Positions 13,086 through 25,745 of a stretch of 64,000 nt of DNA are shown here, piece by piece (position 1 is the stretch's first letter; each line of letters begins with the position of its first letter). A program made the translations under genes and the position numbers. The stretch comes from Chrysemys picta bellii. Taxonomy: Eukaryota. The stretch is from positions 194,060,001-194,124,000 of the forward strand of contig NC_088791.1 of the NCBI RefSeq assembly GCF_011386835.1, written 5' to 3'. The notes under the pieces were generated by a model that saw only the letters and a program-made list of their open reading frames with translations, ran no database searches and was not told the DNA's origin.

Positions 13086-13715
13086 AACCACTGGGCCATT
13101 CTCTCTCTACGGCTACTGTGCTTGTCCTCAGCTGGGAATGTCACCAAGGTGCCCGCTGAGATAGTGGGGTCTGTGTTCCAGAGGGTAGAGTGGAAGGTGG
13201 CTAATGGAATCCTAGAGCTCTGCCTTGCATCCACCATCCACCATTCCACAGAGGGGACAGCAACGGAGTTGCAGAATTGTCTGCTTTTCCCTGGTCTAGA
13301 GGTGGGCCCGAGTAGAAATGCCCTTTTCCTGTCACTAGAGCACAGTGGTTTACATGCCAGGCAGGAACCAGACCAGATCCATCTAGTCCAGTATGTTGCC
13401 CTCATCACTGGCCAGTACCCGATGCTGCAGAGGAACGTTCACGATACCTTGCAGAGGACAGTGTTGGAATGATTTGCCCACAGAAGACGTCTCTCATTCT
13501 CCCCTTCAGATAGTGGCACACATGCGAGAACTCAACAGAAGTTCCCATGTCTCTTTGTTTTTCTGTAGGACCTGTGAGGCCTTTGTGTCCTGCATGCTGG
13601 GGCAGATGGAAAGGGCAGTGCTTCACTGCACGCAGGTCCCTGCCCCGTTCCTGCATGACACTTCATCTGAATATCTGACCCACGTTTGATTCCTGTGATG
13701 AAGAAAGGCTCTGAA

Positions 13716-13860
13716 TTCCCAGCTGGGGGAGTAAAGAGGATTCTTTAAGAGGTATAAATACCCCCAGGTGGGTTGTCCCGGCAGACTGGATAATCATGCA
13801 GATTGTGTGTGTCTGTAGCATTCACTGAAGGTGAAGAAGATACAGCCGGATCCAGGTGAG
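13716..13860 (+). promoter_or_regulatory. Putative OR promoter and non-coding first exon (TATAAA 13753-13758, donor CAG|GTGAGT at 13856)
   Basis: Perfect 5' splice consensus about 100 bp after a TATA box. The module is conserved in 3 copies. A candidate acceptor GTTTCAATTCCAG at 20477-20478 lies just upstream of OR 20513. Confidence 0.55.
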
Positions 13861-14464
13861 TTGGGGCAGTACGGATTTAATCAGGGGCTCTGTTAATGCA
13901 TCATTTTTAAATGCACTAGAAAACTTTGGGCCAAATCCTGTTCTCAGTCACGCTGGTGTAAATATAAAATGGTCCCACTGATTAACGCAGAGCTACTCTG
14001 GATTTACAGCAGTGTAACTGAGCAGAATTTGGCTCTTTATGAATGAACTATTTAATAACATGGAAAAAAGACATTGTGAGAATGGGAAGGACTCAGAATT
14101 CAAGAAATGCCAACGATAACGCAACCTGAATTCTGCCCCCTTTGTATGAATTTCTTAGTCTTTAATGATGTGATTGCAAATTATTCTTCAATTAACACAA
14201 CCTCAACCGTTCTTTTATACAACCTTAGACACACACCCGTGTGGTAACACCGTGTAATCCTCTGTTCTCCCGTGTTTACTTGCACTACTTTTGGCATCAC
14301 AACCGTCCAGGCTGCAGCTCTTTGGTGACTCAGACTTTTTTGTATAAATTCACTTCTCTGCAAGGTCTGGTTTTACATAAATTTCAGCTGCAGCAGCCAT
14401 GGTCTCTGATTTCTTTTCAACCAGCAGCACGGCCTTCCCGCTCTAATATTGATCGGCAGTGAGG

Positions 14465-14656
14465 TACACCTCTACCTCGATAGAACACCACCCGATAGAA
14501 CACGAATTCGGCTATAACGCGGTAAAACAGTGCTCCGGGGGGGCAGGGCTGCGCACTCCGGCGGATCAAAGCAAGTTCGATATAACACGGTTTCACCTAT
14601 ACCGTGGTAAGATTTTTTGGCTCCCGAGGACAGCGTTATATCGGGGTAGAGGTGTA
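14465..14656. mobile_element. Tc1/mariner (Tigger-like) MITE
   Basis: TA|CACCTCTACCTCGATA ... TATATCGGGGTAGAGGTG|TA TIRs with TA target duplication. Confidence 0.85.
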
Positions 14657-15740
14657 ATTATTGGCCTCTCACTGGGGTGAAATGTAGGAAGATCCCCATA
14701 ACATGAGGGGCATGGGGTGTGTTCTGTGACAACTCCGGCTTTTCCCAAACCAGAAATACCATCAATCATCCCACCTTTTCTCACAGCAAAGCTGGCTTCC
14801 AGGGCAGTGCATGGAGCGTAGCACTGGGAGGTAGGAATTTTAACCAGGACTCTCGCTAGCTTTGAGGTTTCTTGCTAGTAAGTAACAGCCCAATACTGCA
14901 TCTTGGAAGTCAGTGGGAGTTTTGCCACTGCCTTCAGTGGAAGCAGGATCAGACCCACAGCCTCTTTGTCTCACTGTCCCCAGCTCTGGAAGCAGATTAG
15001 CAGTACTCACGCATGTGGCCAGAGGGACTATGTACGTCCAGGCAGAATGCCAAAGCTGTGCCGCTGAATGTGCCGGGTACATGCTGCTTCACATGCCCAG
15101 AGCTTCATGGGGAAACGCAGGCTAATCGTGGGTGCAGAGCGGCTGAGAAAGTGGGTCCAAGCTCTCTTCAAACTCCGGCCCTCCGGTGCAGTACTGCTGA
15201 CAGCAGCAGGGACAGCCAGACAGAACGCCGCTACTAAAGGCACCAGGGAGCTCCCGAGAGAACACACTTGCTGTGCTGCGGAATGTATCTGCCATGGCTA
15301 AACTCATGCGTCTGCGTGTACTAAGCACATCCAGGGAGGAGACACATTCCAGCCCATCACTAATGGACAACATCGGCGGCACAGACGGTGCAGACAAGAA
15401 GTAGAGAGGAAAGGGTTAAAAATTCACAGTTAACGCCCCCCCTCCCCCCCCCGTTCCTGTTCTGTTTTTTACCAATACAGGGAAGCTTTCCCCAGGCAAA
15501 TGACTGGGAATCGATTGCTGCAGCCTCATCTGCACCGGTCTCTACCCCAATTCATGTATTGCCAAGTGGGTTTCCATTTCCGGGGACTTTTTAAAATCTC
15601 CAACCGGTTTTGCATTTTAAACAAAATGGCAATTATTTTGCACAGAAAGTGAATGAGGTGCAGTTAGCTACGTGCGGGTCCAAAGAATTGTCTGTGGGGA
15701 GCTAGTGGAACCCACAGTCAAACCTGTCTAAACTGTGCGC

Positions 15741-15892
15741 AGAGAGACAAGGTGGGGGCAGGAATCTCTTTTATTGGACCAACTTCTGTGGGTGAGAGAG
15801 GCCAGGTTCTGGGCCACACTGAGCTCTGTGTCTCTCTCTCACGAACAGAAGTTGGGCCAGTAAAGAGATTCCCTCCCCACCTGGCCTCTCTA
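15741..15892. mobile_element. Penelope-like terminal remnant arranged as an inverted repeat
   Basis: GAGAGACAAGGTGGG..ATCTCTTTTATTGGACCAACTTCTGT..TGAGAGAG and its reverse complement CTCTCTCAC..ACAGAAGTTGGGCCAGTAAAGAGAT..CCCACCTGGCCTCTC. Confidence 0.55.
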
Positions 15893-17419
15893 ATAGCCTG
15901 GGACCAATCCGGCTATGACAACACCGCATAAACTGTGTACGTTTATCAACAGGCCTCGTTCCCAAGCTGTGTCCATGCGGCACTGACTGGTGACTCGCTG
16001 CTACTGGCTCTTCTCCTTGGTTCCGGCTCTCAGTAGCTAATGATACATAAATATTTTCTTATTACATTTTCACGTAAGCAATGGCAGGCAACTAGTTGCC
16101 ACAGGGCTATTATGTGTTTGCCAGGGACGGGGACGTGGTCCATGCGATCCTGGATGGGAGTGGAGGCGCCCATCCAACAATGACTCTGTCTCAGATGCCG
16201 TGTAAATGTTTGGGAACCTATAGCAAAGCGCTGGGCCTTGGGCAGACGTGCGTTCATGCCCCAGGGCAGGCCAGAAAGGCCGTGGCCCTTTATAGCTGGG
16301 AGGTGTAGTTGCAGGGCACATGACAAGGGCAAACGTGACTGACTGGACACCAGAGATAAAACTCCCTGCCTTTGAGGCACAAGGGGCAGGTGGGAGAGAG
16401 GCAGAGTTAGGGAAGGAATTTTCTGCCCAGGCCAAGGGGACAGTCTGTGTGGTGAGTGAGCACAAACAGGCCAAAGGGATGGGCTAGTTCTGAACTTCCT
16501 GCTGTCCAAGGGCAGGAACTGCTTCTCCCGATTGTGAGGGTCTAATACAGTGGGTGCAGGAAAGGGCTGTGACTGGAGTCCCATGGGGGAGGGGGATGTG
16601 CATTCGTAAGGAGAGAGTGAAGCAGTGGACACAAGGAGAAACTGGCTCTAGGACAGCACCCTGGGTACACAGCATCTTGCGTGGAACATGCAGCTAAAGG
16701 TGCTTTATTATACACGGCAAGATGTGGTACAATGCCAGGAACCAGTGGGTGTATCAGCACTGCCCAAGGGATAACATAATGCCAGGAACAGAGAGGCAGA
16801 GAAATGAAGTGGTTTTGCAGACACAGGGATACAGGATGAAGGACGTTCATGGCCGTCGCAGCCAACTAGCTCTGGCATCTGCACACGCACTGTCCCGTTG
16901 GCGTCAGAGGGAGCTGTGCTTGCGTACACCAGCTACGAATCCGGCTCAAGGAACTCAAAGCTCACCTAGTTTATTACCCTGCGGGCTCCATTCTTTCTAC
17001 AATCAACTCTCAGAGAGAAAAATACCTGGACAACATTTCCCCAGTAGTGACGTTGAAATAGGTTGCCTTAAACTGCAAACCACACAAAGTGAACCCTGGT
17101 AACCATGCTTTGAAATGTTTCTTGGCCCGTGAGACTGGAATTCTCAGAGCATTTTAGGGATAGAGGATTTATCCTTGGGCCTAGAACACAAAGTCTATTT
17201 GATGCTTAAGCACTGGAGGACTTTGCTTCCCTCGTTGTTTAATGACTTTAAGTCCGTAGACTGGAAATTCGGAGACCTGTGTTCTATTTCCCATTCTGTA
17301 GCTGACCGAGTCCCTGCTCTGTGCCTCAGTTTTCTCACCTGTACAGTTAAGGAGAACAATACTTCCCCTCCTTTGTGAAAGATTTTGAGATCTATGCCTA
17401 AAAAGGACTGTACAGGAGC

Positions 17420-19735
17420 AGTTATTAAAGTATTACGATCATTGCAACTTTATTAGCAGACAGATAAATATTGACAGATTTTATAAGTGCCGGTATACAA
17501 ATGCTAGAAGTCTAAATACTAGGTGTGAACTTGAGTGCCTGGTATTAAATGAGGACATTGCTATAATAGGCATTGTAGAAATTTGGTGGAATAATACTAA
17601 TCAATGGCACACGGTAATACTAGGGTACAAAATATATTGGAATGACAGAGCAGGTTGTGCTGGTGGAGTGTGAAAGAAAGCAGAGAGTCAAATATAGTAA
17701 AAATTTTAAATGAATCAAACTGTACCATAGAATCTCTATGGATAGAAATTCCACGTTTTGTTGTACTTAAAGTACTGCACAGGATCTTTTCAGGGGGAAT
17801 AAGGCAAAACGCCACATTTATTAGTAATACATGTATTCATTAACACTGTATTATATGCATATAATATATTACACTTACACTCACACACACACACAAACAC
17901 ACTCCGTCTTGTTGTTACCAATTAGTTGCTCCCCTTAACTTCACTGGCCAGGTGAGTTAGATGGGGGAGGGGGTGGAGCCGGGCTTCTGCCGATCCGGAT
18001 CGATGCTCCCATGTTGACAAGACGAGACCCGGGGTCCTGTGCAAGACACCTTACTTTTTTAGCAGCTTTTCTCTTATGCAAATCTATACCAGATTCAAAC
18101 TCTGTGTCTGTGTCCATTGGTCCTTTGTGCTGCTTTCTTTTGAGTATTGTTCCAATGCTGCAAAGAGGGTGTTTCCAAAAGAAGGTGCTTGCTTCTAACC
18201 CCCGAGGCCGTCAGTATGTCTGCTTGTCTTTAATGAGCCCACTTGACACGATTTATTGTTCTTGGGTCTGGCTCCCAGCCCCTCTCCAACAGTTGAGGCT
18301 GTCTGGAGGAGCTGCCTTCCATGCCTTGCTCATCCACACCTCATTCATTCAACAGGGCAATTGATTAAGGGGGGGGGGGGGAAGAGCTCTTGTTCTACTG
18401 CTAGCAAACAGAAATTTTTCTTCTATCTTATTCTATCCTTAGGGGCTATAATATTATACCAAGGGCAATGCAAAGTTTTTAAATGAGGCTTTGATACAAA
18501 GTTCCATGAAAACAGAGGTCACACGTGGGTAGACCTACCACAAGGTTATAGGAAGAGGCACAATGTAAAGTCATATGAAAATTATCAGAAATTTATCTAC
18601 AGTTTGAATAATAAGAATATAGCAGTAGGAATATACTACCGACCCCTTGAGCAGGTTGGTGAAAGGGATTGTGAAATGCTCCAGGAGAATAGCGAGGTTA
18701 CACATACAGAAATCTCAATAATAATGGGGGATTTCTACTACTCCCCCCTCCATTGACTGGGTACATGTCATTTCAGGATGGGATGCAGGGATAAAATTTC
18801 TAGGCGCCATTAAGGACTGTTCCTTGGAGCAGCTAGTCTGGGAACCCACAAAGGAAGAGGCAATTCTCGATTTAATCCTAAGTGGCGCATAGGATCAGGT
18901 CCAAGATGTGAATACAGCCAAACTGCTCGGTAATAGCGACCATAATGTAATTACATTTTACATCCTTGTGGGAGGGAAATACCAAAGAAGCCCACCACGG
19001 TAGCATTTAACGTCAAAAAAAGGAGCTACATAAAAATGAGGAAGCTGTTAAACTTCAATTAAAAGGAACAGTCACAAAGATGAAATGCCTGCAAGCTGCA
19101 TGGAAGTTATTTAAAAACACCATAATAGAGGCTCAAACTAAAAATAGTAATAAATTCTTAAAAAAAACTAATAAAAAACATATGAGGAGAGATTAAAAAG
19201 ACTGGGACCGTTCAGCTCAGAAAAGAGATGGCAAAGGGGGGGATATGGTAGAGGTCTATAAACTCATGAGTGGTGTGGAGAAAGTCAATCAGGAATTGTT
19301 ATTTACTCCTTCACATAACACAAGAACCAGGGGTCACTCAATGAAATGAATAGGCAGCAGGTTTAAAACAAACAAAAGGCAGTATTTCTTCACACAACGC
19401 ACAGTCAACCTGTGGAACATGTTGGCAGGGGATGTTGTGAAGGCTAAAAGTCTAACTGGGTCAAAAAAAAGAATTAGATAAGTCCATGAAGGATAGGTCC
19501 GTCAGTGGCTATTAGCTAAGATGCTCAGGGATGCAACCCCATGCTCTGGGTCTCCCTGTAGCTCTGACTGCCAGAACCTGGGACTGGACAACACTCAAGG
19601 GATGGGTCACTCGAAATTGCCCTGTTTTGTTCATTCCCTCTATAGCACCTGGCACCGGCCGCTGTCGGAAGACAGGATACTGGGCTAGATGGACCATTGG
19701 TCTGACCCAGTAAGGCCGTTCTTATGTTCTTATTA
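17420..19735 (+). mobile_element. CR1 LINE (endonuclease region joined to the 3' end, internally deleted), split by a solo LTR
   Basis: EN-like pieces (YTNARSL, IESLWIEIP, IMGDF, LDLIL), the ORF2 C-terminus and a TTCTTATGTTCTTA tail. Confidence 0.85.
17759..18601 (-). mobile_element. Solo LTR (ERV-like, 843 bp), 4-bp TSD GTTT
   Basis: TG...CA ends with GTTT at 17755-17758 and 18602-18605. Removing the element restores the CR1 sequence CCACGTTTGAATAATAAG. AATAAA on the minus strand near 17820. Confidence 0.75.
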
Positions 19736-20512
19736 CAGTTGTCATCTACACATAGTGACCTCAGTTAACTCCCAGGTGACGCAGGTTTCCATGGCATAAT
19801 GCAGGACCAAAGGCCTTTACAAATAGGAAGTCCATATGGCTGCTACAGCCCAAGGTGCGTGCAATCCTACCTCCTCCATGGGGCAGCCCCACAACTGACT
19901 AACGCTGCCCCGAAAGTGAGGGATGAAGCCCGGGGAGAGTGCTGATTCAGTGCTCCCACAAGGCTCTGCCATCTCCTGCCCCTCCCCAGAAGGAGATGCT
20001 TTTTACACCCTTTTAAGGCATAGGGGTGACCCCATTTGTGACCCCATCTCAGGGTTCTACTGAACCTTCCATTTCTCTTGCGTTTAAACCCTTCTGGGCT
20101 GTCGACTAAAGCCATTCAGACATTGGGCTAGTTGTTGTTTCAGGTCCCCCAAACTGGAACTGGGGGTACAGCTGTGGTCCAGCTCTGAGGGGAAGCAGCA
20201 GTGAGAAGAGCATAGAGAAAAGATCCATGGGCACAGCTTGAGCAAATCCCGGGAGAGATGTAGAAAAGACGGCCATTTTGAACTGGATGCTGTGGTGAAT
20301 GTAGCTGGGGAGGCCCAGGAGCTGGTGGAGGGGGGGGGGTGTGACGGGGCTGCAGTTCTCCATAGGGGAGAAGGCAGACAGGGGCATTCTGCCTACGCTG
20401 GGGTCCAGAGGGGACCACCCCGCAGCAACAACGCATTTTTATTGCTGACACTAAGCCGCCGTGTGGTTTCAATTCCAGCCTCCAAAATGGTCCTGGAAAC
20501 CATCCGTGCGCC

Positions 20513-21472
20513 ATGTCCCGCTACAATCACTCCAACCCCTCCACCTTCCTCCTAATGGGCATTCCGGGGCTGGAGGCCACCCACTTCTGGATCGCCTTCC
20601 CGTTCTGTGCCATGTACGTTGTGGCCCTGCTGGGGAACATCACCCTCCTCTTTGTGATCATGACGGAGCCGACCCTGCACCTGCCCATGTACTACTTCTT
20701 CTGCATGCTGGCAGGCATCGACCTGGTGCTCACCACCTCCACCGGGCCCAAGATCCTGAGCATCTTCTGGTTCCATTCCCATGAAATCGGCTTGGAGTGT
20801 TGCGTGGTCCAGATGTTCTTCATCCACAGCTTCTCTGCCATGGAGTCGGGGGTGCTGCTGGCCATGGCCTTCGACCGCTACGTCGCCATCTGCAAGCCAT
20901 TGCGCTACACCGCCATCCTCACCAACGCCATCCTCACCAAGATCGGGTTGGCCGTCTTTGTGCGGGGCATCGGGCTGATGACCCCCCTAACGTGCATGGT
21001 CAGTCGCCTGCCCTACTGCGGGCCCAGGGTCATCTCCCACTCCTACTGCGAGCACTTGGCTGTGGTGAAGCTGGCCTGCGGGGACACCACGCCCAACTAT
21101 GTCTACGGGATAACGGCCGCGACCTTTGTGGTGGGCTCAGACTCCATCTTCATCGCCATCTCCTACATCCTGATCCTCTGGGCCGTCCTGAGCCTGTCCT
21201 CCAGGGACGTGCACCTGAAATCCTTCAGCACCTGTGGCTCCCACGTGTGCGTCATCCTGGTCTTCTACACCGCGGCGCTGTTCTCCTTCTACACGCAGCG
21301 CTGGGGCCAGAACAGCCCTGCGCACATGCACATCCTGCTGGCAGACCTCTACCTCTTGGTGCCGCCCATGCTGAACCCCATCATATACGGCATGAAGACC
21401 AAGCCGATCAGGGGCCGGGTGCTGAGGCTGTTCTCTCCAGAGAGATCCAGGCTGGGCTTTGGCCCCCACTAG
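20513..21472 (+). CDS. Class I olfactory receptor (OR52-like), 319 aa, intact
   Basis: Motifs GN, LHLPMYYF, MAFDRYVAICKPLRY, SHSYCEHLAVVKLAC, KSFSTCGSH, PPMLNPIIYG; N-glycosylation site NHS. Confidence 0.95.
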   Translation: MSRYNHSNPSTFLLMGIPGLEATHFWIAFPFCAMYVVALLGNITLLFVIMTEPTLHLPMYYFFCMLAGIDLVLTTSTGPKILSIFWFHSHEIGLECCVVQMFFIHSFSAMESGVLLAMAFDRYVAICKPLRYTAILTNAILTKIGLAVFVRGIGLMTPLTCMVSRLPYCGPRVISHSYCEHLAVVKLACGDTTPNYVYGITAATFVVGSDSIFIAISYILILWAVLSLSSRDVHLKSFSTCGSHVCVILVFYTAALFSFYTQRWGQNSPAHMHILLADLYLLVPPMLNPIIYGMKTKPIRGRVLRLFSPERSRLGFGPH

Positions 21473-22121
21473 TGTTGGATGCTGAACCGCTATTTGTGAG
21501 ACGCAGAAAGTTCAGAGAGGCACCCAGAGCTTTCGATTCTGATCTAAAAGGAACCTTGGAGACTCTCGGGCTGGAAATCCCATGGAAGACGTTCTCTCAT
21601 GAAAGTTCTGGTGCTTCCTTCCTTCCAGCTAGGTTGACAATCCTGGCCAAGACCTGGAAGAACAGAATCGCCATGAACACAAGTAATTATTTTTAGCAGA
21701 AGTTAATTCTGACCTCAGCTGGGGGATGAACGTTTAGATCATTGCTTATTTTAACCATACCATTGCCTCATCTTTCACACTGAATATCACCAATGCTCCT
21801 TTTCCCAACAGCACCTGGTACAAGACTGTTCCCACCTCAGAGGCCAAGTTCTACACATGAATCTATCCCTCCATCCTTCCTTCCAACCATCTAGCATCAA
21901 TCTGCATATCTACCTATCTGTTAGCCTTGAACGGCTGCCCAAGTGTGGCTGCTGCTGACTCCAACTAGCACCTCTAGCGCAGAATTTCCCCCTGGATGTA
22001 TATTGTATCTTTCCACCATAGCTTGGGACTTTACTCGAGCAGTTACAGAAACTTAACTTGGCTGTGTTGTGAGAAGAATGCTAGAAAACATCACTGAAAT
22101 GCTCCCTTCTGTGGCGCCACT

Positions 22122-22547
22122 GTGCTCACCCACTCGTTCTGCCTGCATTCAGATGTGCGGAGGTTGGCCCGTGGGGACAAACAGGTCAACAGCTTGTATG
22201 GTCTGACTGCCACGGTACTGACCAAGGAATTGGATTCCTTGTCCATTCACCCGTTGTATGTCATGATCCTGAAGGCGGTCCTGAGCACTGCCTCCTCGGA
22301 AGAGCACGTCAAGGCATTCAGCACCTGCATCTCTCACACCTGCTGCGCCATCTACATCCCACTCATTGGTTGTCCCATCTACATCCCCCTTCATGCACAC
22401 GCGCCTGGCCGATGCCTACCTGCTGGTGCCCCTATTCCCCACCGCGTCCTGAACCCCATCATCGACAGCTTGAAAACCAATCAGATCCGTCGGAGGATTC
22501 TGGGAAGTATTCATTGGAGAAGAATCCAATCAGCAAACCCCTTCTAG
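22122..22547 (+). pseudogene. OR51-like pseudogene, 3' half only, with deletions and frameshifts
   Basis: LTHSFCLHSDVRRLA..NSLYGL..YVMILKAVL..KAFSTCISH..VLNPII.S.KT.QIRRRI; no TM1-TM4 region upstream. Confidence 0.85.
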
Positions 22548-22949
22548 TGGGGCGTGGCTCCCTGGATCAGCTGCCTCGTGCCCCATAGAGATCCAGGGAA
22601 TTCTGCAGGGCTGTCCCAGCGGATTGGATGTTACTGAGGGGAGTTTGTTAGGACACAGCCAGGTTCCTGGCATCTTCCCTTCTCCAATCCAGAGCATAAA
22701 CCTAAGGCCCAAATGTGGTTTTGTTGGATATCACCCCAGCCTACCCCACCCCAGCTTCCAAGCTTGTATCACAAATAAGCTGCCAAGTTGGGGACAGAAC
22801 CTAGATCCCCCAGTTCCCAGCCTAGCCCCCTAACCATCAGACCGTCTATATACATCACAGCACACACAGGGTTACAGGGAAGCAGAGTCCACCACAACGT
22901 TGTCCTCAGAAGGGAGGGGCTACTGCAGTGCATGTGATCAAAGAGTGTA

Positions 22950-23345
22950 AAGAGATCCTGGAGTCATTCTGGATAGTTCTCTGAAAACATCCACTCAATG
23001 TGCAGCGGCAGTCAAAAAAGCAAACAGAGCGCTGGGCATCATTAAGAAAGGGATAGATAATAGGACAGAAAATATCATGTTGCCTCTCTAGAAATCCATG
23101 GGACACCCACACCTTGAATACTGCGTACAGATGTGATCGCCCCATCTCAAAAAAGATATCTTGGACTTGGAAAAGGTTCAGAAAAGGGCAACCAAAATGA
23201 TTAGGGGTATGGAATGGCTTCCATATGAAGAGAGATTAATAAGACTGGGACTTTTCAGCTTGGAAAAGAGACGGCTCAGGGGAGATATGATTGAGGTCTA
23301 TAAAATCATGACTGGTGTAAAGAAAGTAGATAAGGAAGTGTTGTT
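22950..23345 (+). mobile_element. CR1 LINE ORF2 C-terminal fragment
   Basis: [49 protein letters not shown]. Confidence 0.9.
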
Positions 23346-24519
23346 TGGGAGGGAGATTGAAAAAAAATCACACCCCAACAAACATTTTTTAACTGGTCCA
23401 TTTGTGTTTTCTCCCAAAAAATTGTTATAAAAACACAATCAAAATGATTGTTCATGAAAGAAAAGATGTCAACACATTTTTGGATACAATTTTTGAAAAT
23501 AAAATCAAATACGACCATATTTTTAGGGGGGGAAATGAAGAATTTTGACAATATCAATAATTTGTTGTACAAATGTATTTGTTTTGAAAAAAGAAAATCA
23601 GCAAAAATATTTCTTTTGAAAATTTGGACCAGCTGTAATAATAATACAGAAATGGCTGCTGCTTTAATTCCCAGATTTATCAAAAATAAAACTCCACAAC
23701 TCAGTTTACTTTTATTTATTTAAACTCTACATGAAAAATAAGAGGGTTATCAAGAGGTCACAAATGTGTTGCAAACAGAACAGTTTTAATTTCAGTATTA
23801 TGAACCTCCAGAATGCAAAAATCTTGAGTCAGGACCCCGAAAAATTGAGAGATTGGTTCCAAAACCATGATTTGTAAAAATAATAATAATAAATTTGGAT
23901 TCTGTTTATTCACCTTCTGGGTTTTCAGTCTTTAGGATGCACTTGGGTCATATTTTTTTCTTTTCTGAACAACCATGAATGCCAGAAACTTACTTATTGT
24001 TGTCATGGAAACTGAGAGTCTCATATAATCACGTGACTCCAGCAGTTGAGGCTTTGCATTAAATATAGCGAATCTCCTGATGAAATGCAAGCATGAGCAA
24101 TGCTGTGTGAATGTGTACAGTAAATGGAGGTCTCCTTAGTCATACTGAGCAGAGAACTGCTTAATCAGATTTTCTTCTGAACATTCTCCTCTCCCTGTCT
24201 CTGAATTGAACAGTGCCAGGGTGGAAGATGGTAACACATAAGAACGGCCATACTGGGTCAGACCAAAGGTCCATCTAGCCCAGTATCATATCTTCCGACC
24301 GTGGCCAGGGGATGTTGACAGACAGACACCCGATCTGGGGACCAGTCCCATCCGGAGCCTCACAGCACCTGCCTGATTCACTGTGGTGTTACTCCAATTT
24401 AATGCCATTCTCCAAGGGGTTATGCTGGTGAACGCCATTCCAGAAGGATGTTATCAATGAAAGAGAAGTCAGAAAAAAGCCTCAAGAATGATTCAAAGGT
24501 TAGAAACCCTGACGCCTAG

Positions 24520-25745
24520 ACCATAAGAACATAAGAACGGCCGTACTGGGTCAGACCAAAGGTCAAAGCAGCCCAGTATCCTGTCTACCGACAGTGGCCA
24601 ATGCCAGGTGCCCCAGAGGGAGTGAACCTGACAGGTAATGATCAAGTGATCTCTGACAAACAGAGGCTAGGGACACCATTCCTTACCCATCCTGGCTAAT
24701 AGCCATTAATGGACTTAACCTCCATGAATTTATCCAGTTCTTTTTTAAATGCTGTTATAGTCCTAGAAAAACAACAAGGAGTCTGGTGGCACCTTAAAGA
24801 CTAACAGATTTATTTGGGCCCCACCGAAAACAAGAAAATAAACAAGAAAATCCCCCATTTCATCACACCTACGTTAGACTTACTGGTCTGTAATTGCCGG
24901 GATCACCTGTAGAGCCCTTTTTTAATATTGGCTTTACATTAGCTATCTTCCAGTCGTTGGGTACAGAAGCCGATCTAAAGGACAGGTTACAAACCCTAGT
25001 TAATAGTTCCACAACTTCACATTTGAGTTCTTTCAGAACTCTTGGGTGAATGCCATTAGGTCCTGGTGACGTGTTAATGTTACGTTTATCAATTAATTCC
25101 AAAACCTCCTCTCGTGACACTTCAATCTGTGACAGTTCCTCAGATTTGTCACCTACAAAAGCCAGCTCAGGTTTGGGAATCTCCCTAACATCCTCAGCCG
25201 TGAAGACTGAAGCAAAGCATCCATTTAGTTTCTCCGCAATGACTTTATCGTCTTTAAGCGCTCCTTTTGCATCTCGATCGTCCAGGGGCCCCACTGGTTG
25301 TTTAGCAGGCTTCCTGCTTCTGATGTACTTAAAAAACATTTTGTTATTACCCTTTGAATTTTTGGCTAGCCGTTCTTCAAACTCCTTTTTGGCTTTTCTT
25401 ATTACATTTTCAAACTTAATTTGGCAGTGTTTATGTTCCTTTCTATTTACCTCACTAGGATTTGACTTCCACTTTTTAAAGGAAGTCCTTTTATCTCTCA
25501 CTGCTTCTTTAACATGGTTGTTAAGCCACGGTGGCTCTTTTTTAGTTCTTTTACTGTGTTTCTTAATTTGGGGGATACACTGAAGTTGGGCCTCTATTAT
25601 GGTGTCTTTAAAAAGCGATCTGCAGCTTGCAGGGATTTCACTTTAGTCACTGTCCCTTTTAATTTCTGTTTAACTAACCCCCTCATTTTTGCATAGTTCC
25701 CCCTTTTGAAATTAAATGCCACAGTGTTGGGCTGTTGAGATATTC
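24520..25745 (-). mobile_element. CR1 fragments (3' end ~24520-24765; ORF2 middle ~24865-25745) with a short Penelope terminus at ~24770-24820
   Basis: ORF 24869-25501 ...SPGPNGIHPRVLKELKCE...NYRPVSLT; AGAACATAAGAACGG is the reverse complement of the tail. Confidence 0.9.

Larger units (their letters stand above)
4770..14195 (+). repeat. Segmental duplication, copy 1 (blocks ~4770-5650, ~5880-12085, ~12465-12690, ~13690-14195)
   Basis: Colinear blocks roughly 90-95% identical to ~55190-56210, ~57505-64000, ~53400-53625 and ~54095-54605; paired ORFs in the track (e.g. 11159 vs 63074, 10408 vs 61282). Confidence 0.95.

Noticed and set aside
16030-16632. 200-aa ORF
   Set aside because: It has a non-ATG start and no motif, and it lies in the predicted OR intron.
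20797-21696. 299-aa alternative-frame ORF over OR20513
   Set aside because: It is a shadow frame of a GC3-rich coding sequence with low-complexity Pro/Arg/His/Leu composition and no domain.
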